A stretch of 64,000 bases of DNA from Pirellulaceae bacterium (GTDB lineage: Bacteria > Planctomycetota > Planctomycetia > Pirellulales > Pirellulaceae): the NCBI GenBank assembly GCA_040219575.1, contig JAVJSD010000014.1, positions 66,120 through 130,119 on the forward strand. Direction: 5' to 3'. The translations under genes were made by a program, and so were the position numbers. Under the pieces are notes generated by a model. It searched no databases. It saw only the letters and a program-made list of their open reading frames with translations, and was not told the DNA's origin. Of this stretch, positions 19,734-30,023 are shown in pieces; the stretch's first letter is position 1, and each line of letters opens with the position of its first letter.

Positions 19734-21046
19734 AACGCCGCGAATTCCTGGCCGGTTCGGCCGCCGCCCTCGCCACCGTCGCCATGACCGCCAAGAGCGA
19801 GGCCAAACTGCTCGCCAACGATAAGATCACCGTCTGCGTGTGCGGCGTGCGCGGGCGCGGCGGCGGGTTGCTCAACACCTTCGCCTCGCAGGGCGACATC
19901 GACGTGAAGTACATCTGCGATCTCGATCTGGGCGTGCTCGGCAGCCGCGTGGCGCAGGTGAAGGACCGCACCGGCAAGACGCCGCAGCCGATCAAGGACT
20001 ATCGCCGGGCCCTCGACGACAAAGAGGTCGACGCCATCGTGCTCGGCACTCCCGATCACTGGCACGCCCTGCCCACGATTCACGCCTGCCAGGCCGGCAA
20101 GGATGTGTACGTGGAGAAGCCCGACGGGCATAACATCCTGGAGGGCCGCACCATGGTGGCGGCGGCCAAGAAGTACGGCCGCGTGGTGCAACTGGGCACG
20201 CAGGCCCGTAGCGGCGCGCATCAAAAGAGCGCGATGAAGTACATCGCCTCCGGCAAGCTCGGCAAGGTGCGGTTCGCCAAGGCCTGGGAAAGCAGCAAGC
20301 AGGGCGATATCGGCCATCCACCCGACGGCGAGCCGCCCGCCGGTTTCGATTACGACACCTGGCTCGGCCCCGCGCCAAAGCGGCCGTTCAACCCGCGGCG
20401 TTTCCACGGCAGTTGGCGGTGGTTCTTCGACTACGGCACCGGCGACCTGGGGAACGACGGCGTGCACCGGCTCGACGTCGCCCGCTGGGGACTCGAAACC
20501 GCCGTGAAGGCCGAAGGCGGCGAGCTGCCCCGGTTTCCCAAGTCGATCTCCGCCCACGGCGGCAAGTACTACTTCGATGACGACCAACAGTGGCCCGACA
20601 CGATGATGGTCACCTACGACTACCCGGGCTACCTGCTGACGTACGAACTGCGGATCTGGACGCCCTACCACATGCACGACGAGTCGGAAGGCTCGGCGGT
20701 GTACGGCGATGCCGGTTACGTGATCATCGGCAACAGCGGCTGGCGGGCGTTCGACGCGAAAGGGAAGCAGATCCTGGAAGAGAAGGCCGGCAACAATGAC
20801 GTGGCCCACGCGCAGAACTTCATGGAGTGCATGCGCAACCGCGCCCGGCCCAACGCCGACCTGGAGACCGTCGGCCATCCCAGCAGCCTGCTGTGCCATC
20901 TCGGCAACGCCGCCTGGCGCGCCGGCCGCACGCTGCACTTCAATCCCGGCACGTACAGCTTCGAGGGCGACCAGGACGCCGAGCAGTACCTCACCCGGCC
21001 GGAATACCGCAAACCGTTCGTGCTGCCGAGCCTGGCCGAGCTGTGA
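19730..21046 (+). CDS. Gfo/Idh/MocA-family oxidoreductase with Tat signal
   Basis: Tat motif RREFLAG and a Rossmann-like N-terminal block (KITVCVCGVRGRG). The size and sequence are typical of Planctomycete secreted Gfo/Idh/MocA dehydrogenases. Confidence 0.85.
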   Translation: MKRREFLAGSAAALATVAMTAKSEAKLLANDKITVCVCGVRGRGGGLLNTFASQGDIDVKYICDLDLGVLGSRVAQVKDRTGKTPQPIKDYRRALDDKEVDAIVLGTPDHWHALPTIHACQAGKDVYVEKPDGHNILEGRTMVAAAKKYGRVVQLGTQARSGAHQKSAMKYIASGKLGKVRFAKAWESSKQGDIGHPPDGEPPAGFDYDTWLGPAPKRPFNPRRFHGSWRWFFDYGTGDLGNDGVHRLDVARWGLETAVKAEGGELPRFPKSISAHGGKYYFDDDQQWPDTMMVTYDYPGYLLTYELRIWTPYHMHDESEGSAVYGDAGYVIIGNSGWRAFDAKGKQILEEKAGNNDVAHAQNFMECMRNRARPNADLETVGHPSSLLCHLGNAAWRAGRTLHFNPGTYSFEGDQDAEQYLTRPEYRKPFVLPSLAEL

Positions 21047-21346
21047 TGGCGCTCGGCGCATGCGCAAGTGAAAAGGTAAAAGGAAAAAGGTAAAAGTGAA
21101 GCGACTGGTCGGCGCCGGCGTGATCGGTGCTTGATCGGCGATTCTCGTTTGCGTTCTTCTCGTATGGGCTGGGCGTTGGCTGGCTGGAATGTGGACACCC
21201 TGGGAACCTTCCGACTAGAATGCAGTCGTTCCGCCAGGAACAGGAACGCCCCTCTCTGGTTTTCATTCGCATCGCTCCTCGCCGCGGGAAATCCGTCTGG
21301 ACTACGGCCGAGACGGGCGTCCACCGACGAGACACGCCGACCGTTT

Positions 21347-23848
21347 ATGCGCTCAACCATGACCCCCACGAATCTCCGAATCGAAGACGCGATTCCCGTC
21401 TTCCTCCGTTGTCTCCGTTTCCTCCTGTTCCTTTTTATTTTCACGGCGTCAGCCGGATTGCCGGCCGCCGGCGTGCTGTGGAACGAGGCCGCCGCGGCGG
21501 AGGTTCAGGGAGTCGAGACGTTTCTAAAAACCACCTGCCACGACTGTCACGCCAATGGCGAAGAGGAGGGCGGCCTCGACCTCGCCGTGCTCGGCGCCGA
21601 ACTGAGCGATGTGGCGTTGTTCGCCAAGTGGGAGCGGATCTACGATCGCGTGGCCGATGGCGAAATGCCTCCGGCCGAGGCCGACCAGCCGACTGCGGCC
21701 GATCGACAGGCATTCTTGAACGCGCTGGGAACTCAGTTGATCGCCGCGCACGCCGCCCGCAAGGGAACCGTACTGCGACGGCTGAATCGCCGCGAATACG
21801 AAAACACGCTCAACGACCTGTTCGGCACGAATCTCAAACTCGCCCAGCAGTTGCCCGAGGACGGCAGGGCGCACGAGTTCGACAACGTCGGCGCGGCCCT
21901 GGGCCTGTCGATGGTGCAATTGCAAAAGTACCTGGAGTCGGCCGAGGCGGTGCTCGACGAGTCGATCGCCGACACGCTGGCGGCGCCGGAAAGCAAGGTC
22001 GTGCGGGCCAGCTACGCCGACACGCGCGGCGCCGAGCAGTGGCTGAACAAGATCTGGCTGCACCGCGACGACGGCGCCGTGGTCTTCTTCCGCAGTCAGG
22101 CTTATCCCTCGGGAATGCTGCGCGAGGCCAACGTTCGCGAAGACGGTTGGTACAAGGTCCGCGTCACCGGCTACGCCTTTCAGTCCGACGAGCCGATTAC
22201 ATTCTCGATCGGCGCGACGACCTTCGCCCGCGGGGCGGAACAGCCGACCTTCGGCTACTTCGCCTTTGCTCCCGGCAAGCCGACGACGATCGAACTGCGG
22301 GCCTGGATCCCCGCCCGTTACATGATCGACGTCACGCCGTATGGCATCAGCGACCGCAACAACGAAATCCGCCAGAATGGCGTGATCGGTTACAAGGGGC
22401 CGGGGCTGGCGATTCAACATGTCGAAGTCGAAGGCCCGCTGACCGACGAGTTTCCCACCCGCGGCCATCGACTGCTCTTCGACGGTCTGAATCGCAAAGA
22501 GATTCCGCCCAGCAATCCCAACGACCGCCGCAAGCCGTGGTATACGCCGAAATTCGAGATCGCCACGACCAATCCGTCGCAGGACGCGGCGCAGGTGCTC
22601 CAGCGCGTGGCCACGAAGGCCTTTCGGAGGCCGGCGACACGCGAGCAGATCGCGCCTTATGTGGAACTATTCGAGACGCAGCGTCAGGAGGGCGCCGGTT
22701 TCGAGGAGGCGCTGCGGACGGCGGTCACGGCCCTGTTCTGCTCGCCGAATTTCCTCTGCCTGCGAGAGAATGAGGGCTGGCTCGACGACTACGCGGTCGC
22801 CTCCCGGTTGTCGTACTTCCTCACGCGCAGCGCGCCGGACGACGAATTGCTGGCGGTGGCGGCGCGTGGCAAGCTCACGACCGACCGCGACGTGCTGTTG
22901 GCCCAGACCGAGCGATTGCTGGCGCATCCGCATTCGGCCCGGTTCGTCGAGGACTTCACCGACGCCTGGCTCAATCTCCGCGAGATCGAATTCACCAATC
23001 CCGACGGCGCGCTGTTTCCGGAGTTCGATCGGTTCCTGCAGTATTCGATGCTCGAGGAAACACGCGGCTACTTCCGCAAGTTGATCGACGACAACCTGCC
23101 CGTCGAATGCGTCGTCAAGAGCGACTTCGCAATGCTCAACGAGCGCCTGGCCGAGCATTACGGCGTGGCGGGCGTGAGGGGGCCTCAAATCCGCCCCGTG
23201 AAGCTTCCCGCCGATAGCGTGCGCGGCGGCTTGTTGAGCCAGGGCGCCGTGCTCAAGGTCTCGGCCAACGGCACCAACACCTCGCCGGTGGTCCGCGGCG
23301 TGTTCGTGATGGAGCGGCTGCTGGGCGAAGCGCCGCCTCCCCCGCCGCCCGGCGTTCCCGGCGTCGAGCCCGACATCCGCGGCGCCACCACGCTCCGCGA
23401 ATTGCTCGACCGGCATCGCGATCAGGCCAACTGCCGCAGTTGCCATCAATCGATCGATCCGCCCGGCTTCGCCCTGGAGAGTTTCAACCCGATCGGCGGC
23501 TGGCGCGAGCGGTTCCGCAGCCTGGGCGACGGCGAGCCGGTCAACGTGGAGATCGACGGACGGCGGGTGCGCTACAAGTGGGGACCGGAGGTCGACGCCA
23601 CCGGCCGGCTTGCCGACGGAGAAAAGTTTTCGGGCTACCGCGAGTTCCGCGACCTGCTCGCCGAGCAGGACGACGTGCTGACGCGCTCGCTGGCCGAGAA
23701 GCTGTTGACCTTCGCCACCGGGCGGGAGCTTGGTTTCTCGGATCGGGCGGAAATCGAGCGTATCGCCGGCGAAATGTCGGTTTCCCAGGGCGGCGTGCGT
23801 GATCTCATTCGGCTGGCCGTGACCAGTAGCATTTTCCGGAGAAAGTAA
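21347..23848 (+). CDS. PSCyt1/DUF1549/DUF1553 domain protein (Planctomycete cytochrome-c-like)
   Basis: CHDCH heme-binding-like motif in FLKTTCHDCHANGEEEGGLDL and a long DUF1553/DUF1549-like body. It is immediately followed by a DUF1501 gene, the canonical Planctomycete pair. Confidence 0.8.
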   Translation: MRSTMTPTNLRIEDAIPVFLRCLRFLLFLFIFTASAGLPAAGVLWNEAAAAEVQGVETFLKTTCHDCHANGEEEGGLDLAVLGAELSDVALFAKWERIYDRVADGEMPPAEADQPTAADRQAFLNALGTQLIAAHAARKGTVLRRLNRREYENTLNDLFGTNLKLAQQLPEDGRAHEFDNVGAALGLSMVQLQKYLESAEAVLDESIADTLAAPESKVVRASYADTRGAEQWLNKIWLHRDDGAVVFFRSQAYPSGMLREANVREDGWYKVRVTGYAFQSDEPITFSIGATTFARGAEQPTFGYFAFAPGKPTTIELRAWIPARYMIDVTPYGISDRNNEIRQNGVIGYKGPGLAIQHVEVEGPLTDEFPTRGHRLLFDGLNRKEIPPSNPNDRRKPWYTPKFEIATTNPSQDAAQVLQRVATKAFRRPATREQIAPYVELFETQRQEGAGFEEALRTAVTALFCSPNFLCLRENEGWLDDYAVASRLSYFLTRSAPDDELLAVAARGKLTTDRDVLLAQTERLLAHPHSARFVEDFTDAWLNLREIEFTNPDGALFPEFDRFLQYSMLEETRGYFRKLIDDNLPVECVVKSDFAMLNERLAEHYGVAGVRGPQIRPVKLPADSVRGGLLSQGAVLKVSANGTNTSPVVRGVFVMERLLGEAPPPPPPGVPGVEPDIRGATTLRELLDRHRDQANCRSCHQSIDPPGFALESFNPIGGWRERFRSLGDGEPVNVEIDGRRVRYKWGPEVDATGRLADGEKFSGYREFRDLLAEQDDVLTRSLAEKLLTFATGRELGFSDRAEIERIAGEMSVSQGGVRDLIRLAVTSSIFRRK

Positions 23849-25171
23849 ATGAAGCGTCCTGCTCCCTTTGTCAGCACGCGCGGTCCGCTGAGCCGCCGTC
23901 ACTTCCTGCGGGGAACCGGCGCGGCCTTGGTCAGTCTGCCGCTGCTGGAGGCGATGCTGCCCACCTTCGGCCGCCGGCTCTCCGCCGCGGAGGCAGAAGG
24001 CGTCCAGTCGCCCAAGCGTTTCCTGGCGGCCTGCGCCACGCTCGGCTTCCACACCCCTTACCTGTTTCCCCTGCAGGAGGGAAAGGACTACACGCCGACG
24101 CCGTATTTGAAACAGCTCGAGAAGCACCGCGACCAACTCACGGTGCTCTCCGGTCTCTCCCACCCGGAGCAGCAGGGGAACAACGGCCACGCCTCCGAGT
24201 TGACGTGGCTCACTTCGGCGCAGCGCCCGGGGCTGGCCGGTTTCCGCAATACGATCTCGCTCGATCAGCGAATCGCCGAGGAGGTCGGCATCAAGACGCG
24301 ATTCCCGTTCTTGGCCCTCTCGACCAGTGGGCGGTCGATGTCGTGGACTTCGAGCGGCGTGGAGATTCCCGGAGAGACATCGCCGGAGAGGCTCTTCAAG
24401 GCGCTGTTCATCGACGGCAACGAGCAGGAAGTGGCGGCCGAGATGCGGCAGTTGAAGCGGGGGCGCAGCATTCTCGACACCGTGCAAGGCGACGCCCAGC
24501 GGCTGGAGCGCGAGCTGAGCCCGGCGGATCGCGACAAACTCGACGAGTACCTGACCGCCGTGCGCGACCTCGAATCGCGACTGCAGCAGTCGCAGGGTTG
24601 GGTCACGCGGCCCAAGCCGAAGGTCGACGCGCAGCCGCCCAAGGACATCGCCGAGCGGAACGACGCCATCGGCAAGCAGCGGCTGATGTACGACATGATC
24701 GTACTCGCGCTGCAGACCGACTCCACGCGAACGATCACCTTTCAACTCAGCGGTATGAACGCCGTGCCGGTCATCCCGGGCGTCAGCAACGACTGGCACA
24801 ACCTCTCGCACCACGGCAAGGATCCGGCCAAGATTGAAGAGTTGCGGGTCATCGAGGAGGCCGAGTTCGCCGCCTTCAACGAATTCCTCACCAAGCTGCG
24901 CGGCCTGAAAGAGAACGGCCGCTCTCTGCTCGACCACACGGCGGTGCTGTTCGGCTCGAATCTCGGCAACGCCAGCAGCCACAGTTGGCGCAACGTGCCG
25001 CTGATCGTGGCCGGCGGCGGCTTCCGGCACGGCGCCTACGTCGCCCACGACGAAAGGAACAACACCCCGCTGGCGAACCTGTTCGTGTCGCTGGCCCAGC
25101 ACATGGGCCTGGAGATCGATCAATTCGGCAGCAGCACCGCCGCCGGCGTCCGCGGTCTGGAAACGGTGTGA
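23849..25171 (+). CDS. DUF1501 domain protein (sulfatase-like fold), Tat-secreted
   Basis: Tat motif RRHFLRGTG. The start codon directly abuts the stop of the upstream PSCyt/DUF1553 gene. Confidence 0.85.
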   Translation: MKRPAPFVSTRGPLSRRHFLRGTGAALVSLPLLEAMLPTFGRRLSAAEAEGVQSPKRFLAACATLGFHTPYLFPLQEGKDYTPTPYLKQLEKHRDQLTVLSGLSHPEQQGNNGHASELTWLTSAQRPGLAGFRNTISLDQRIAEEVGIKTRFPFLALSTSGRSMSWTSSGVEIPGETSPERLFKALFIDGNEQEVAAEMRQLKRGRSILDTVQGDAQRLERELSPADRDKLDEYLTAVRDLESRLQQSQGWVTRPKPKVDAQPPKDIAERNDAIGKQRLMYDMIVLALQTDSTRTITFQLSGMNAVPVIPGVSNDWHNLSHHGKDPAKIEELRVIEEAEFAAFNEFLTKLRGLKENGRSLLDHTAVLFGSNLGNASSHSWRNVPLIVAGGGFRHGAYVAHDERNNTPLANLFVSLAQHMGLEIDQFGSSTAAGVRGLETV

Positions 25172-25317
25172 GCTTGCTCGGTTCGACGGACGTTTTCCGT
25201 ACGACGGACGTCCTCGTCTGTTGTGTTATCTGCGAGGTTGGGTTTCGACGGACGTGGACGTCGACCGTGGATGTCGACCGTGGACGTCCGTCGTACGAAA
25301 TCATTGGAGTCGTCACC

Positions 25318-26280
25318 ATGCGCGCCTTGCTCGCTTTCATCCTTCTCTCCTCCCTCTTGCTGTCGCCAGGAGGCGCCGCGGGCGACGATGTGTGGGTCGC
25401 CGTCGGTTACGGTGGGAGGCGGATGATCTCCACCGACGGCCTGAAGTGGGAGATCACCGCCGAGTGGGCGCAGCCGGGAGGCGACGACGGCAACAACCTG
25501 ATGTCGGCGGTCTTCGCGCAGGATAAGTTCGTGGTGGTCGGCGGCGGAGGGGGCGGGCGCAGCGGCGCCGGACACATCCTCGTCTCGCGCGACGGCCGTC
25601 AGTGGAAGGAGACCTTCTCCGGCAAGTCGCGGATTAATCCCGTCGTGTACGGCGACGGTCGCTTTGTGGTCGGCAGCAGCGGTTACCCGTCCGGAAAACT
25701 GCTGTGGTCCGCCGACGCCGAAACCTGGACGGCGGGCGCGGCGATCGAGACCAAGGGCCTCACGCACTTCCGCGGCGGCGCGTATGGAAACGGCGTCTTC
25801 GTACTGGTCGGCAACGCCGGCGGACAAGGCGGCCGATCGTGGGCGATCGTCACGCCCGACGGCGAGAAGATCACCAGCGAGCGCGACGACCTGCCGGGCC
25901 ACGGCGCGATCGTCTTCGGCGCGGGAAAGTTTCTGATGCTCACCTCCCATCGCGAGGCCGAACTGATCGCCTCGCGCGACGGCGCGACTTGGGCGCCGGT
26001 GCACCCGGAAGAGGGCGCCAAGTTCAGCTGGCTGGTGTCCAGCGGCGGTGAATTCTTCGCCGGCGACGGCAAGGTCGCGTATCGCTCGGCCGACGGCGCG
26101 ACGTGGAAGAAACAGGAACTGCCGGTGCGGGGCGGCGTGAAATGGACCGACGGCACACGCTTCATCAGCACGTCGTGGCCGGGCAAGATGGCCTTCTCCG
26201 CCGACGGCGCGTCGTGGGAGAGTTCGCCGCCGCTGTCGGCCAATGGCATCAACCGCGTGATTCATGGAGACCTGAAGTGA
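25318..26280 (+). CDS. secreted BNR/Asp-box repeat beta-propeller protein (sialidase-like fold)
   Basis: Signal peptide MRALLAFILLSSLLLSPGGAAG. It has seven S-x-D-x-G-x-x-W Asp-box repeats, for example STDGLKWEI, SRDGRQWKE and SADGATWKK. Confidence 0.7.
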   Translation: MRALLAFILLSSLLLSPGGAAGDDVWVAVGYGGRRMISTDGLKWEITAEWAQPGGDDGNNLMSAVFAQDKFVVVGGGGGGRSGAGHILVSRDGRQWKETFSGKSRINPVVYGDGRFVVGSSGYPSGKLLWSADAETWTAGAAIETKGLTHFRGGAYGNGVFVLVGNAGGQGGRSWAIVTPDGEKITSERDDLPGHGAIVFGAGKFLMLTSHREAELIASRDGATWAPVHPEEGAKFSWLVSSGGEFFAGDGKVAYRSADGATWKKQELPVRGGVKWTDGTRFISTSWPGKMAFSADGASWESSPPLSANGINRVIHGDLK

Positions 26281-27227
26281 AGATTCCGCGCTCGCTTGCT
26301 CTACCACTTGTCGGATTCGTCGCCGTGGCGGCCATGATCTCGAGCGGCCGCTTGGCGGCGGCCGCCGAACCGCAGGTGCTCGATCTGTGGCCCGATAAGC
26401 CGCCGGGCGAAAACAAGCAACTGCCGCCCGAGGCGGATCAAACCAAACCGGAAGACCGCCTGATCGCCGGCCGGCGGATCATCAAACTGGGCAACGTGTC
26501 GACGCCGCAAATCGCCGTCTATCGGCCGCCCGCCGACAACGACACGGGGGCGGCCGTGGTCATCTGCCCCGGCGGCGGACATCACATCCTGGCGTACGAC
26601 CTGGAAGGTACGGAGGTCGCCCAGTGGCTCAACACGTTGGGCGTCACCGGCGTGGTGCTCAAGTACCGCGTCCCCTTTCGCAACCCCGAGCAGCGGTGGC
26701 GGGCGGCCGTGCAAGACGCCCAGCGGGCGATGAGCCTGGTTCGCAGTCGTGCCGGCGAGTGGAAGATCGATCCGCAGCGAATCGGCATGTGCGGCTTCTC
26801 CGCCGGCGGGGAGACGGCCGCCCTCACCTCGCTCTTCGATCATCGTCAGTACGAGCCGATCGACGACGTCGACGAGCAGTCGTACCGGCCGAATTTCACC
26901 ATGCTGATTTATCCCGGCGGGCTGGTCGACAAAGCAAGCGAGACGCTGCGCGACGACATCCGCATCGCTGGCGACGCGCCGCCGATGTTCTTCGTGCACG
27001 CCTTCGACGACCGCGTGTCGGCGAACAACTCGCTGCTGCTGGCTTCGGCCCTCAAACGGTCCGGCGGTTCGGCCGAAGTGCACGTCTTCGCCACGGGCGG
27101 CCACGGCTACGGCCTGCGAGAAACAGAAGAGCCGGTAACGCATTGGCCCAAGTTCGCCGCGAGCTGGCTCAATGGACGTGGAATCCTCACGAATGGAGCA
27201 ACCAAGAAAACCGCTGATGAACGCTAA
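26277..27227 (+). CDS. alpha/beta-hydrolase fold esterase (carbohydrate-esterase-like), secreted
   Basis: G-x-S-x-G nucleophile elbow (GFSAGG). Probable GTG start overlapping the upstream stop (GTGA). Signal peptide VKIPRSLALPLVGFVAVAAMISSG. Confidence 0.75.
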   Translation: MKIPRSLALPLVGFVAVAAMISSGRLAAAAEPQVLDLWPDKPPGENKQLPPEADQTKPEDRLIAGRRIIKLGNVSTPQIAVYRPPADNDTGAAVVICPGGGHHILAYDLEGTEVAQWLNTLGVTGVVLKYRVPFRNPEQRWRAAVQDAQRAMSLVRSRAGEWKIDPQRIGMCGFSAGGETAALTSLFDHRQYEPIDDVDEQSYRPNFTMLIYPGGLVDKASETLRDDIRIAGDAPPMFFVHAFDDRVSANNSLLLASALKRSGGSAEVHVFATGGHGYGLRETEEPVTHWPKFAASWLNGRGILTNGATKKTADER

Positions 27228-27242
27228 CAGGGACGCTAATGG
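27210..27242. repeat. third copy of the 32-mer core repeat (accgctgatgaacgctaacagggacgctaatgg)
   Basis: Same 32-mer as at 4231-4262, with 4 mismatches. It overlaps the stop codon of the esterase gene. Confidence 0.7.
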
Positions 27243-27285
27243 CTAGGGAAAGGCATTGCTTTTCATTGGGCTTGGTCCGGCAACT

Positions 27286-27349
27286 TCGTAGCGGAAGTCG
27301 TGAGACTTCCGACATCGTTGAAAGAAAGGAACTCTCACGAGTTCCGCTA
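27286..27349 (+). repeat. REP-like element, copy F
   Basis: Sequence cgtagcggaagtcgtgagacttccgacatcgttgaaagaaaggaactctcacgagttccgctac. Confidence 0.8.
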
Positions 27350-27425
27350 CAAATCGATTTGCCACGTCTGCGTTTTCAGAAGGAGCCTATCATCAATCAG
27401 CGGTTCTCCCTTATCGGAATAATAG

Positions 27426-27470
27426 AAAAAGGCCGCTACCCCACGCAGGAGTAGCGGCCTTTCGGTTTTT
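27426..27470. terminator. bidirectional rho-independent terminator
   Basis: Hairpin ggccgctac-ccccacgcaggag-gtagcggcc with A-run and T-run flanks. It lies between convergent genes. Confidence 0.5.
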
Positions 27471-27495
27471 AATGCATTACATCCCGCGCTGGCGC

Positions 27496-28518
27496 TTACA
27501 GCCCGGGGGCGATCTTCAGCAGCTTGCCGGCGTTGGCGTTTTCTTCGCTGGCCGTGCCGATGACGGTGATGTACAGCGCGCCGTCGGGACCGAACGTCAG
27601 GGCGGTCGGCTTGTCGAGGCTGGTGACCTTTTCGGTCGTGATCCCCTGCTTGTCGCCGTCGCGCTGGGGAATCAGTCGGAACAGGCCGCCCTCGGCGGTG
27701 TCCATCCAGGCGAAGTCGGTGGCGTACAGCCGGCCCTTGGGGCTGTAGGCCAGGCCGGTGATGTCGAACAAGCCCGTCTCCAGGTTCATTCGCATCTTGC
27801 CGTTCTTGGGATTGTAGAACGTCACCAGGGCGTCGTTGGGCACGGTGATCTCGCCCATCTGGCCGACGACCAGCGCGCCGCTGCGGGGCTGCGAAGTCAC
27901 GCCCACCGGAGCATCGACGCCCGTGGCTTCCTTGGTCGCCACGCTGCGCTCATACGACACCACCTTGCCGTCCTTGATCGTGGCCTTGTTCACCCAGCCC
28001 TTGGTGTCGTCGCCGTTGCTGCTGACGTAGATGGCGTCGCCGATCACCACCAGGGCGTAGAAATTGCCCTCGCCCTTGATCTCCTTGTCGGTGCCGACGT
28101 CCTTGCCGGGCAGGGTGAAGCTGGCGACCATCTTGTCGGCCTTGATCGGCTCGCTGCCGGCCGCGGGAACCTCATACACTCGCAGCATTTCCTCACCGTC
28201 GGGCTTTCCGCCGCCGCCGACCACCAGCGTGTCCTTGCCGAGAAACGCCAGGCCCAGGGGGCCGATGTCGTACATGGGGCCCTTGCCGTACACGTCGTTG
28301 GGGAAGCCGACGATGACTTCCTCCGCCTTGCCGTCGGTCACGCGCACGATGCGATGCGCGCCGCTATCGGCCACGAACACGTCGCCCGTCTCGGGCTGCA
28401 CGGCGACTCCGCAGGGATTGTTGAGTCCCTCGACCAGCGTCTCGACTTTTGTTTGGGCCCAGGTGGAAGCGGCGCACAGCATCAACGTGAGTGCGGCCAG
28501 GTAGAACGATCGTGTCAT
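27496..28518 (-). CDS. secreted six-bladed beta-propeller protein (NHL / SMP-30 / gluconolactonase-like)
   Basis: Signal peptide, a repetitive propeller-like pattern, and conserved NPCGVAV and DSGAHRI blocks. Confidence 0.6.
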   Translation of the reverse strand: MTRSFYLAALTLMLCAASTWAQTKVETLVEGLNNPCGVAVQPETGDVFVADSGAHRIVRVTDGKAEEVIVGFPNDVYGKGPMYDIGPLGLAFLGKDTLVVGGGGKPDGEEMLRVYEVPAAGSEPIKADKMVASFTLPGKDVGTDKEIKGEGNFYALVVIGDAIYVSSNGDDTKGWVNKATIKDGKVVSYERSVATKEATGVDAPVGVTSQPRSGALVVGQMGEITVPNDALVTFYNPKNGKMRMNLETGLFDITGLAYSPKGRLYATDFAWMDTAEGGLFRLIPQRDGDKQGITTEKVTSLDKPTALTFGPDGALYITVIGTASEENANAGKLLKIAPGL

Positions 28519-28589
28519 GGGCGAATCTCCTGCGTGTAGGTGAATTCTAGGGGGACGTTACTGGTGGAGAGTGTTGACAGCCGGCGGAG

Positions 28590-29603
28590 CTATTTGGGCA
28601 GCGGCGGCGGCGCGACATCGGGATAGTCGGGACTGCTCAGTCCTTCCTTGAGGAAGGTGATCAGGTCGGCCTTCTGTTGATCGCTGAGGTTGAGCGGAAA
28701 GATCGCCTCGTCGAGCTGCGGATTCTTGTTGCCGCCCTTGTTGTAGTACTCGACGACGTCCTGCAGCGTCTTCAGGCTGCCGTCGTGCATGTACGGCGCC
28801 GTGCGGCCGATCTCCCGCAGTGTGGGCGTTTTGAACGAGCCACGGTCGCCGAGCAGGCCGCTGATCGCCTGACGGCCGGCGTCGGGCTCCTTTTGGTCCA
28901 TGCCGACGCCGATGTTGTGAAAGCCGCCGTCGGTGAAGTTCGGTCCGGCGTGGCAACCGACGCACTGCGCCTTGTTGAAGAACACCACCATGCCGCGCTG
29001 GGCCGCCTCGGAGAGCGCGTCTTTGTCGCCGGCCTGGTAGCGATCGTACGGCGCGTTGCCGGAGAGCACGGTGCGTTCAAAAGCGCCGATCGCCTTGGCG
29101 ATTCCGTCGGCGGTGACGTCGGTGCCGAACACCTTCTGAAACTGCTCGCGATAGCCTTCGATCTTGTTCAGCTTCTCGACCAGGTTGTCGAGCGGCATGT
29201 TCATCTCGATCGGGTTTTCGATCGGTCCCAGCGCCTGGCCTTCCACATGCTTGGCCCGGCCGTCCCAGAACTGGAAGTACTGGTAGCCGGAGTTGATGAT
29301 CGTCGGCGCGCTGCGGCCGCCCTTTTGCCCGCCGATGCCGGTGGCCACCGCGTCGTCGTTCGACCAGCCTTTCTTGGGGTCGTGGCACGAGGCGCAACTG
29401 ACGGTGTTGTCGGCCGACAGGCGGGGATCGAAGTAGAGTTGCTTGCCGAGTTCGACTTTCTCTTCCGTCAACGGATTGTCGGGGCGGACCGGCACTTTCT
29501 TCAGTCCCAACGGCGGAGTGCTGAAGTCGGCGCAGTCGGCGCTGGCGGCGAAGCACAACAACCCCGCGGCGAGGATCAATGCTGAAGGGAAGACTCGAAA
29601 CAT
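28590..29603 (-). CDS. di-haem cytochrome c peroxidase (CcpA/MauG family)
   Basis: Two CxxCH motifs (CASCHDPKKGW and CVGCHAGPNF) and a signal peptide. Confidence 0.85.
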   Translation of the reverse strand: MFRVFPSALILAAGLLCFAASADCADFSTPPLGLKKVPVRPDNPLTEEKVELGKQLYFDPRLSADNTVSCASCHDPKKGWSNDDAVATGIGGQKGGRSAPTIINSGYQYFQFWDGRAKHVEGQALGPIENPIEMNMPLDNLVEKLNKIEGYREQFQKVFGTDVTADGIAKAIGAFERTVLSGNAPYDRYQAGDKDALSEAAQRGMVVFFNKAQCVGCHAGPNFTDGGFHNIGVGMDQKEPDAGRQAISGLLGDRGSFKTPTLREIGRTAPYMHDGSLKTLQDVVEYYNKGGNKNPQLDEAIFPLNLSDQQKADLITFLKEGLSSPDYPDVAPPPLPK

Positions 29604-30023
29604 GGTGTATCTCCGTGGCCTGGGCGTGCTGCGTTGATCGAACGCTCCGCAACTAAACTACCCCGCGGAATCCGCACAATCTTACCGGGTCATTGTGACG
29701 GACCCAAATTCCACCTGCAAGAGAGCGAGGCGATTCGGTCGGTATTCAGCCCCCACACGGCGGAGAAGCCGCTTGGCGAAGTATAGCTCGTCGTTCCTTG
29801 CAGACCGAAGGCGACCGTCCACGCAGCCCCTCGAAACGTCGCATGGCCGCCCTCGGCCGTGTAGACAGACACGAAGTCGGATCGCTCACGTTGTCCTGCT
29901 TCCGCCCGGCCGGGCGGGGGCATGGTACGACCGATGGCCCGCAGAAATCCCCCTATCGCCGCCGCCGTCGCTGAACGACAATCGTCGAACAATTCTTGGG
30001 AAGTCAGTCAACAGGAGCAAGTC

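Noticed and set aside
19631-21067. 478-aa minus-strand ORF
   Set aside because: Antisense to the Tat-signal Gfo/Idh/MocA oxidoreductase.
21067-21110. A-rich short tandem gtgaaaaggtaaaaggaaaaaggtaaaagtgaag
   Set aside because: Short, imperfect, intergenic. Likely just an A-rich spacer or possible UP-like element; not enough to call.
22667-25123. 818-aa minus-strand ORF (and 21524..22468 minus)
   Set aside because: Antisense to the PSCyt/DUF1553 and DUF1501 genes, which carry recognisable motifs and signal peptides.
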